DNA of 64,000 bases, taken from NCBI GenBank assembly GCA_001781335.1, contig MFLL01000001.1, positions 25,626 through 89,625 of the forward strand. The letters run 5' to 3'. Source of the DNA: Candidatus Kaiserbacteria bacterium RIFCSPHIGHO2_02_FULL_55_25. Lineage in GTDB: Bacteria; Patescibacteriota; Minisyncoccia; Phycocordibacterales; UBA2100. This document shows, one piece after another, positions 57,416-64,000 of this stretch. A program made the position numbers and the translations under genes. Below the pieces are notes generated by a model. It was not told the DNA's origin. It searched no databases and was given only the letters and a program-made list of their open reading frames with translations. The first letter of the stretch is position 1. The number at the start of each line of letters is the position of its first letter.

Positions 57416-57487
57416 TTTACTGAGAAGCGCGGCTGACACCGCGCTGTCCACGCCACCGGAAAGTCCGACAAAAACCGTGTGTGCCAT
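57392..57487 (-). pseudogene. Duplicated mnmA 5' fragment. It encodes MAHTVFVGLSGGVDSAVSAALL, identical to authentic MnmA residues 1-22, then reads into the REP hairpin and stops.
   Basis: I compared it codon by codon with 56525-56590. There are about 10 nucleotide differences in 66 nt and all are synonymous. Confidence 0.72.
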
Positions 57488-57548
57488 TGCGTAAGGATAC
57501 TACAGTGGACAAAAGAATGAACCCCCGCGAGAGGCGAGGGTGTGTTGC

Positions 57549-57577
57549 TCATGAGCAAGGAAGACCCTTGCTCATGA
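57549..57577. repeat. Third REP-like hairpin of the element-3 family.
   Basis: The 12-bp stem tcatgagcaagg/ccttgctcatga has loop aagac, and it shares the gcaagg...ccttgc core with the element-3 terminal hairpins. Confidence 0.6.
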
Positions 57578-57588
57578 TTTTGCGGAAA

Positions 57589-57996
57589 TCAGTTGTACGC
57601 CGCCGGCCTCACCTGCCCGCCGTCTTCTACTGGCAAATGTCGCGGATTGTCGAATCTTTTCGCTTGACCCTCGCCCCATGTCCCACAATAACCGGCGGCG
57701 TCGCCACAGTAACCCGCGTGCGTGTACGGAAACTGTCCGTCACCGTCACAGCAAATGCCGTGACCAGGGAAGATCGGGCGTCGGCAACAAGCGCATAATG
57801 TGCTGAATGTATTGAGATATTCGCTCGCACACACGGCACATTTTGTCGACTCTTCGAAAGTGCACTGAGTGCCGAGCACCGCTATTTCGAATGGCGACTG
57901 CCCATTGTGCCCGCACTCGAAGCGTTTCGTGTTCGGAACAACCGGCACAGGTGCCGCGGTTCCTCTAAACAGACGGACCAATCTTTGCAAAGCCAT
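57589..57996 (-). CDS. Cysteine-rich hypothetical protein (135 aa, at least 14 Cys and several His).
   Basis: A strong SD (GGGGAGG) lies 7 nt upstream of the ATG at 57996. Cys and His residues are clustered (C.V.C, CACC, CC) and there is no signal peptide. Confidence 0.5.
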   Translation of the reverse strand: MALQRLVRLFRGTAAPVPVVPNTKRFECGHNGQSPFEIAVLGTQCTFEESTKCAVCASEYLNTFSTLCACCRRPIFPGHGICCDGDGQFPYTHAGYCGDAAGYCGTWGEGQAKRFDNPRHLPVEDGGQVRPAAYN

Positions 57997-58053
57997 GACT
58001 GCCTCCCCTTTGGCGCTGGCTACATGGTTACACGACCATGTCGGCAAAGCAAC

Positions 58054-59082
58054 TTAAAAGTATCTTGCCTTGTTGGCGAGCTGACATGAGTACGTCTTGC
58101 AGAAATGGGTCACGCCGCGCCGGTCGGCGAGAAAATACAGGTAATCGTTCTTCGTCGGAACGGCCGCCGCCAGTAGCGAATCGAGCGAGGGATTCCCTAT
58201 CGGCGTCGGCGGGAGACCTTTGTTGATGTATGTATTGTACGGCGAGGGCGTGACAAGGTCCTTCATGGTGATTTGGAATGTTCCTTTCCCGTGCGTGTAG
58301 GCGAAGGTTACGTCCACCTGCAAGGGCATTCCGCGTTTGATGCGATTCCACAGCACGCCGGAAATCATTTTGCGGTCGGCGGTGTTGTACGCTTCGCGCT
58401 CGAGAATGGATGCCATCACGACGATGTCGCTGACACTGCGGGTCGAGCTCGCGATTTGCGGCATGATAGTCTCGATTTTTGAATCGAAATTCTGGCGGAG
58501 TGTCTGTATCACCGTGCCTTCATTTGCATTGGGAAGGAAAAAATATGTGTCGGGGAAGAGGTATCCCTCCTGCGATTGCGCCTGCGCAAGAAAATTCTCC
58601 TTGTTGAAGCGCTCCAAGTGAACGCTGAAAATCGCCGCCATCTCTTTCACGGTCGCTCCCTCGGGGACGCGAATCCTCGCCGGCTCGAGCCCGAACGCGC
58701 CGACCGACATCGCGCGCGCGATGGTAAACAGGTCGCGCGGCTCCTTAAACAGGTAATCGCCCGCCTGCGCGGTACGCGTGGTGCCAAAAAGCGTCATCAA
58801 CACCCTGAATGCAAACGGCGAACGTATCACACCGTCGTCGTACAGGGTCTCTGCAATTTGGCTAAGTGTTTCCCCTTGCGGCACGGAGACAAGCTCGTTC
58901 ACGGGAAAATTGTCCGGCGCCTGTATCAGAGCGAGCCATGAGTACGTCGACAGCGCCCCGAGGATTACGAGAATGACAATAGTGCGGCGGTTGGCATGCA
59001 GACGCCAGCGCTCCGAAAGTTGTGCCTGCAGACCGTCAAGTACGGAAAAGAACTTCTCCAATGCGGCCTTGAGAGAATCCAT
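58054..59082 (-). CDS. mltG: Endolytic murein transglycosylase MltG (YceG-like).
   Basis: An N-terminal TM helix and a YceG domain. Confidence 0.82.
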   Translation of the reverse strand: MDSLKAALEKFFSVLDGLQAQLSERWRLHANRRTIVILVILGALSTYSWLALIQAPDNFPVNELVSVPQGETLSQIAETLYDDGVIRSPFAFRVLMTLFGTTRTAQAGDYLFKEPRDLFTIARAMSVGAFGLEPARIRVPEGATVKEMAAIFSVHLERFNKENFLAQAQSQEGYLFPDTYFFLPNANEGTVIQTLRQNFDSKIETIMPQIASSTRSVSDIVVMASILEREAYNTADRKMISGVLWNRIKRGMPLQVDVTFAYTHGKGTFQITMKDLVTPSPYNTYINKGLPPTPIGNPSLDSLLAAAVPTKNDYLYFLADRRGVTHFCKTYSCQLANKARYF

Positions 59083-59085
59083 GAA

Positions 59086-60504
59086 CTATTTCGGAAGGTT
59101 CGCAGGCGGTTCGGCCTTGGTCGCGGCCATCCGCTGGATACCCGGCACGGCGACAGCGCGGCTCGGCGGATGCCACAGAGAGGCAATCGTCTCGTTGGTG
59201 AGCACGTTGGTCGGCAAAATCCACGGCGAATTGAAGAACGAGCGACGGCGGAACGCATCATGCACGCGGTACCCCTGATTGATCCACCGGTAATCATGAA
59301 AGTCCTGCCACGGATAATCGAAATCGCAGTGCCATTTTTTTGGACGCAGGTGCGTACCGTATTGCGGGTTGCCGAACGGGCGCCATATCCAACGGAACCC
59401 CGTGAAGATGGGTCCGCGCAAGTCGCCTTCGACCCAGTAGATACCGCGCATGCCGACCTCAAAGGGGTATTTGCCGAGGTGGCGCTCCATTGCCTTCATC
59501 ATCTCGTTCTGTTTCCAAGACGGTCTCGGCGAGACGTGCTTGTCTTCTTCTTCGCCGTGCTCCGCAAGGACCTCTTTGAGCGTTTCCGCGGGAATGATGG
59601 CGGCCTCGGCGCGAAGCTTGTTGACTTCGTTTTCAACCATGTCCTTCCACAGATTGTCTTCGTCGGGCTTGCCAAACGGGTTGAGAATGTACCGCTTGCC
59701 CAATTTACGCAGAACGATTTGTATCCACAATTGTTCGTTGGGCTTGATACTGGACATGAATTCCAGCACGTTGGCGAGCGGGTCTATTTTGAATTCCTCT
59801 TTCGGGTCCTTGTCCAATTCAAAATCCACGTACGTGCGCGGTTGGTATGCGTTAATCCTGAAATCCGTTTGACCGATGCCCATATACGTCATAAGCGGCC
59901 ACTCGACGCCCCACACGTTGTGCTTTTCGGGGTCATACTGGAACTTCGTCGCATAATCTTCCACCTCGACAAGCTCTATTTCGGGATAGTGTGCATAAAG
60001 CATCCCCTCGATAATGTCTTTGTAATTCTTCCAGCACCAAATATAGAAATGTATCTCTCCGCCGAAACTCGCAATCTCAAAGGAGAAGAACGGACGAACC
60101 TGCCCCCTCCACGCACGGTGGAGAAAGGTCGTCTCGCCGGAGGAAAGATTGAGACTGGTGAGCGCGAGCTCCATGGCACGCGGCGAGCGAGCGACTTCGC
60201 GCGGGATTTTCATCTCGAGCAGTACCGGCTGACGGCCGGAAATATAGAGCGACTGAATGTAGGTTACCCAAGCCTTCCATGCTCCGATGATGAGCCCGAT
60301 GGGCACCCATATCGGAGCGGTGGCGACGAGCCAGTTGAACGTGAAGAGTGGGAGGTTGGGAATGAAGTTGCCTAATATGAGGTACAGGCCGAAAAAAACG
60401 ATGCCGAGCATGAACGCGCGCGATATACCCCACTCACCCCAGTAGCCGATGTCGAACAGTTCTTTAATCCAATGCGGGATTGGTCCGTGACTGCCATGCG
60501 CCAT
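59086..60504 (-). CDS. Large hypothetical membrane protein (472 aa, Trp-rich).
   Basis: Four or five N-terminal TM helices and a large soluble domain. No family recognised. Confidence 0.55.
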   Translation of the reverse strand: MAHGSHGPIPHWIKELFDIGYWGEWGISRAFMLGIVFFGLYLILGNFIPNLPLFTFNWLVATAPIWVPIGLIIGAWKAWVTYIQSLYISGRQPVLLEMKIPREVARSPRAMELALTSLNLSSGETTFLHRAWRGQVRPFFSFEIASFGGEIHFYIWCWKNYKDIIEGMLYAHYPEIELVEVEDYATKFQYDPEKHNVWGVEWPLMTYMGIGQTDFRINAYQPRTYVDFELDKDPKEEFKIDPLANVLEFMSSIKPNEQLWIQIVLRKLGKRYILNPFGKPDEDNLWKDMVENEVNKLRAEAAIIPAETLKEVLAEHGEEEDKHVSPRPSWKQNEMMKAMERHLGKYPFEVGMRGIYWVEGDLRGPIFTGFRWIWRPFGNPQYGTHLRPKKWHCDFDYPWQDFHDYRWINQGYRVHDAFRRRSFFNSPWILPTNVLTNETIASLWHPPSRAVAVPGIQRMAATKAEPPANLPK

Positions 60505-60621
60505 GGCGGTATTTTAACACGAACGCCGCGCATAGCGCGGCGTTCGTACGTATCCTGTTGGTGAACGTTATTGCGGCTAGCGAGGAGCGAGGTGTGAGCA
60601 AGCTCATACCTCGTCCGAGCG

Positions 60622-60656
60622 AAGACGCAAAAAGGATTTTGTAGAAATCCTTATTT
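60622..60656 (-). terminator. Rho-independent terminator overlapping the stop of the HTH-protein gene.
   Basis: On the minus strand the stem aaggattt/aaatcctt is followed by TTTTTGC. Confidence 0.5.
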
Positions 60657-61673
60657 GGCGAGCGAGTAGCGGCCGTCGGAAAGGCGCGTAAACATGTTGT
60701 TCTGAAGATTGACCGAAATGGTCGCGTCTTTGACATAACGCTCGCGCTTCACACGCTCGATGATGTCCTCGCGAGAGAGCGGTCCTTCGCGCTCGATAAT
60801 TCCTTTGATGACCTCGCGAACGACGCCCGGCTCGTAACCCCATTCCTTGAGCGCGTACAGACCGCGTCCGACGAGGACGAAGCGGTTGTCCTTGATGAGC
60901 TCGTTGTGAGTCGTTGCGGGATGCGTCTCGCGGCCGAAAAGCTTTTCGATACCTTTGGCGACTTCGGTGAAATGCATCGGCGAGCCGTGGCGCTTGAGCG
61001 TGAGGTAGGCGAAATCGCGCGTATTCTTGATACGCACATGCGGAGACTCCTGCCGGCCCCATTCGCCGAGCGGATTTTTGCCGACACGTTTCGAAATGAG
61101 AAGCCAGCGCGTCATGACATCGTCGGGGCGGTTCTTCACTCCCTGCTGTTTGAGATGCTTTGCGAACAACTGCAAAAATTCATCCTCCGGCGTGAGGCGG
61201 TTTGTTTCGAGCGATTCGTAAAGTGCGGTAAGCGCCTGTTCCACCTGTTCGGCAAGCTGTTCATCAATGTGCCAGCGCGTTTTGAAATCCGCATCTTCGC
61301 GGCGGAAATCGAAATGATGCCCGACAGTGAGAAGGAATACGATGTGATTGTGGTCGGCCTCGTTCTTGGCGGTTTCGCGGAGTACCGTCTCTTCGGCGAG
61401 AACACCGCCGAGTGAGGCAAGCGCGCGCTTGAGGTCTTCGAGTGTCGGTGCGTGCGTCTCGTACGCATCGGAGTCGCGCACGGTCGAAAGACCGTGATTT
61501 TCTATCTGGCGGATGCGCTCGCGTGTGATGCCGTACTCCTGTCCGATGGCATCGAGGGTGCGGGACTCGCCTTTGCCGGAAAGACCGAAACGGTCAATAA
61601 GCACGCGGCGGGAGCGCTCGGGAAGCTCCGAAAGGAGCTCTTTTGTGACGTTTTTGACCGAAAATGAAAGCAT
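60651..61673 (-). CDS. Sigma-70 region-4-like HTH domain protein (hypothetical DNA-binding protein).
   Basis: The N-terminal segment ELLSELPERSRRVLIDRFGL...TLDAIGQEYGITRERIRQIENHGL matches the sigma region 4 pattern. The rest is unrecognised. Confidence 0.5.
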   Translation of the reverse strand: MLSFSVKNVTKELLSELPERSRRVLIDRFGLSGKGESRTLDAIGQEYGITRERIRQIENHGLSTVRDSDAYETHAPTLEDLKRALASLGGVLAEETVLRETAKNEADHNHIVFLLTVGHHFDFRREDADFKTRWHIDEQLAEQVEQALTALYESLETNRLTPEDEFLQLFAKHLKQQGVKNRPDDVMTRWLLISKRVGKNPLGEWGRQESPHVRIKNTRDFAYLTLKRHGSPMHFTEVAKGIEKLFGRETHPATTHNELIKDNRFVLVGRGLYALKEWGYEPGVVREVIKGIIEREGPLSREDIIERVKRERYVKDATISVNLQNNMFTRLSDGRYSLAK

Positions 61674-61860
61674 GGTATATGGGCGATTTCTATAGCCAAT
61701 TTGACTATTTGGAATGCCGTGGCTTTGTTGTAACAAATACCACGCCCCGCGTCAAGTGTGCAATTCGGGATTGCACAATCCACCCCTTCTCCACAGGCAA
61801 GTCCCACATCGCGGGATTTTGCCGTGAATCCAAAAAATCTCACCGTGCTAGAATCGCCAG

Positions 61861-63255
61861 ATGATTGCCCAGCCGACACGCGTCCCCCCGCAAGATATTG
61901 AAATGGAACGTGCGCTTCTCGGTGCGCTCCTGCTCTCCCCCGGTGCAATGTACGAAATCGTAGATGTCGTCGGCATTGACTCTTTTTATGCGGGCAAACA
62001 CCGCACCATATTCGATGCGATGCTCAGCCTGCATACCAAGGGCGAACCCATCGACGTTGTTACCGTTTCGGGCAAACTCAAAGAGCGTAAAGAACTGACC
62101 GCAATCGGAGGCGCTGCATATCTCTCCGAGGTCGCGGGCGCCGCCGCCTCTCCCGGCTCGGCGCGCCACTACGCACAGAGTGTCCAGACAAAATTCGTAC
62201 TCCGTAGTCTCATAGAGGCGGCGGCGAAAATCGGAGAACTCGGTTTCGAGGAAGACCGCGACATCGAGCAGGTGCTCGACGATGCGCAGTCCGCCGTTTT
62301 CCAAGTCACCAACTCACCGATGCTTCAGAGTTTCAGCGCCATCAAAGAGGAGCTCGCTGGCGCGTGGGAACGGCTCGAATTACTGCAAAAGCACAAAGGC
62401 GCACTCCGCGGAGTACCGACCGGCTTCCCCCAGCTCGACAACATGCTCTCCGGTCTGCAAAAATCCGACCTCATTATCCTCGCGGCGCGTCCCTCGATGG
62501 GTAAGACCGCGCTCGCTCTCGACATCGCCCGTCAAACTGCGGTCAAACACAAAACCGCTGTCGGTATTTTCTCGCTCGAAATGGCGTCTGAACAACTTGT
62601 CGACCGTATGCTTGCGGCGCAGGCGGGTGTGGATTCATGGCGCCTGCGTACCGGCAAAATCTCCAAAGACGACGAGTACGACCGTCTGCAGGAGGGCATC
62701 GCGCAATTGAGCGAGGCGCCTATCTATATCGACGACAAACCGGGAACCACCGTGCTCGCCATGCGCTCCGTCGCGCGGCGTCTCAAAATGGAAAAGGACC
62801 TCGGACTCCTCATTGTGGACTACCTCCAACTCATCACGCCGGGCACGAGCCGTGGCAACGACAACCTCGTTCAGCAAATCACGGAGATATCGCGCTCGCT
62901 CAAATCGATGGCGCGCGAGCTCAAGGTACCGGTCCTCGCACTCTCACAGCTCTCCCGTGCCGTGGAACAGCGCCGCGGCCGGCCTCGCCTGTCCGACCTG
63001 CGCGATTCCGGCTCCATCGAGCAGGACGCCGACGTCGTGATGTTTATCCATCGCGAAGACAAAATGAACGCCGACACCGGCGCCGAGAAGACCAACGTCG
63101 CCGAGATTCTTATCGAAAAACACCGCAACGGCCCCATCGGCAAAGTTGACCTGCTTTTCGATGAGTCGAAGACAACCTTCCGCTCCGTGGACAAGAGCGA
63201 CTTCGGCGATATCATGACAGAGGCGCAGGTGGGGGGCGGAGAAACGCCGTTCTAA
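61861..63255 (+). CDS. dnaB: Replicative DNA helicase DnaB.
   Basis: An N-terminal DnaB domain, Walker A GARPSMGKT, and the H1-H4 motifs. An extended -10 box TGCTAGAAT ends 6 nt before the ATG. Confidence 0.93.
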   Translation: MIAQPTRVPPQDIEMERALLGALLLSPGAMYEIVDVVGIDSFYAGKHRTIFDAMLSLHTKGEPIDVVTVSGKLKERKELTAIGGAAYLSEVAGAAASPGSARHYAQSVQTKFVLRSLIEAAAKIGELGFEEDRDIEQVLDDAQSAVFQVTNSPMLQSFSAIKEELAGAWERLELLQKHKGALRGVPTGFPQLDNMLSGLQKSDLIILAARPSMGKTALALDIARQTAVKHKTAVGIFSLEMASEQLVDRMLAAQAGVDSWRLRTGKISKDDEYDRLQEGIAQLSEAPIYIDDKPGTTVLAMRSVARRLKMEKDLGLLIVDYLQLITPGTSRGNDNLVQQITEISRSLKSMARELKVPVLALSQLSRAVEQRRGRPRLSDLRDSGSIEQDADVVMFIHREDKMNADTGAEKTNVAEILIEKHRNGPIGKVDLLFDESKTTFRSVDKSDFGDIMTEAQVGGGETPF

Positions 63256-63332
63256 GTGTTATACATGTTGCATTTGTTATATTTGACGGCAATTTGAACA
63301 GCTAGAACATTTATATCATTTTCAACAATTCT

Positions 63333-63962
63333 ATGGACCCTATCGAGCGACTGGCGAGACTTTTTGAACGCTTCCCCGGCATCGGGCCGAGACAAGCTCA
63401 ACGTTTCGTGCAATTTCTTTTGCGAAGCACGCCGTCGGCACGGCGCGAGTTTGTGGATGCGATACAGAGCCTGGGCGGTGCGGTGCATCAATGCCCCGAG
63501 TGCATGCGCTTCCATGCTTGGCCCGCCGAAGCCTCGGCGAAGGGGGCCGGGGACAAAAAGCTCTGCGGCATCTGTACAAATCCCGAGCGCGACAAGACCC
63601 ATCTCGCTGTCGTTGCGAACGATGCCGACCTGCTCGCACTCGAACGCAGTGGCACGTTCCGCGGACAGTACTTTGTGCTTGGCGGCACCATATCTCTGGC
63701 ATCGGAGAAAACCAACGGCCTGCGTATCAAGCAACTGCTCGAATCAGTCCCCGCCCGCGTGGGAAAAGGCATGAGCGAAATCATTCTCGCCTTCCCCGTG
63801 AACCCCGAAGGCGACGCCACCGCAATCCGCATTCGCGAGGACATCGTCGCGCACAGTCCGGACATCAAGGTCACTGCCCTCGGTCGCGGCCTCTCGACCG
63901 GCAGTGAACTCGAATACGCCGACCCCGAGACCATCAAGAGTGCGTTGGACTCACGGCGCTGA
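63333..63962 (+). CDS. recR: Recombination protein RecR.
   Basis: HhH (RFPGIGPRQAQR), a C4 zinc finger (CPEC...CGIC), and a Toprim domain. Confidence 0.92.
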   Translation: MDPIERLARLFERFPGIGPRQAQRFVQFLLRSTPSARREFVDAIQSLGGAVHQCPECMRFHAWPAEASAKGAGDKKLCGICTNPERDKTHLAVVANDADLLALERSGTFRGQYFVLGGTISLASEKTNGLRIKQLLESVPARVGKGMSEIILAFPVNPEGDATAIRIREDIVAHSPDIKVTALGRGLSTGSELEYADPETIKSALDSRR

Positions 63963-64000
63963 TGGGGTATCGTATAGAAAGCACCTACCGTTTCAACACG

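Overview
This is a 64-kb window from a compact bacterial genome whose GC looks about 55-60% by eye. Genes are tightly packed, many start codons sit 5-9 nt after a TAnAAT box with no Shine-Dalgarno, and several aminoacyl-tRNA synthetases are unusually short. I infer a small-genome, Patescibacteria/CPR-like organism, but this is not proven. Most of the window is housekeeping. There are six aminoacyl-tRNA synthetases (leuS, cysS, gltX, an archaeal-type aspS, trpS, alaS), a cell-wall/division block (M23 peptidase, murG, ftsW, mraY, D-Ala-D-Ala carboxypeptidase, scpA/scpB, mltG), the chaperone set grpE-dnaK-dnaJ, and a ribosomal/rpoA cluster (infA-rpmJ-rpsM-rpsK-rpsD-rpoA-rplQ, rplM-rpsI, rplI, rpmA), plus ychF, ctpA, corA-like, ung, mnmA, dnaB and recR. 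I found no rRNA, tRNA or CRISPR array. The observations worth a second look are these.
(1) leuS encodes a 1125-aa LeuRS that carries two complete foreign enzyme domains inside one open frame: a YdeN/RBBP9-like alpha/beta serine hydrolase at the catalytic/CP1 junction and a NUDIX hydrolase downstream of CP1.
(2) Three divergent paralogous HUH (IS200/IS605 TnpA or RAYT-like) genes are each flanked by their own family of hairpin repeats. They sit just upstream of rplI, inside the grpE-dnaK operon, and upstream of mnmA.
(3) Two insertions are flanked by diverged partial duplicates of the neighbouring gene end. One is an mnmA 5' fragment whose differences are all synonymous; the other is an ung 3' fragment beside an orphan MazF/PemK-like toxin. 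Both look like footprints of recombination-mediated acquisition from a related lineage.
(4) There is a block of DNA-repair or defense-like genes: an MGMT-like protein, a Cas4-like Fe-S PD-(D/E)xK nuclease, and an ATP-cone protein fused to an Mrr-like endonuclease.
(5) Visibly lower-GC islets carry a VRR-NUC-like nuclease and several hypothetical proteins.
(6) Palindromic and repeat-rich spacers occur within the r-protein operon, and a perfect 40-nt palindrome lies upstream of murG.
All functional calls rest on motif-level reading of the translated ORFs, and no database search was run.
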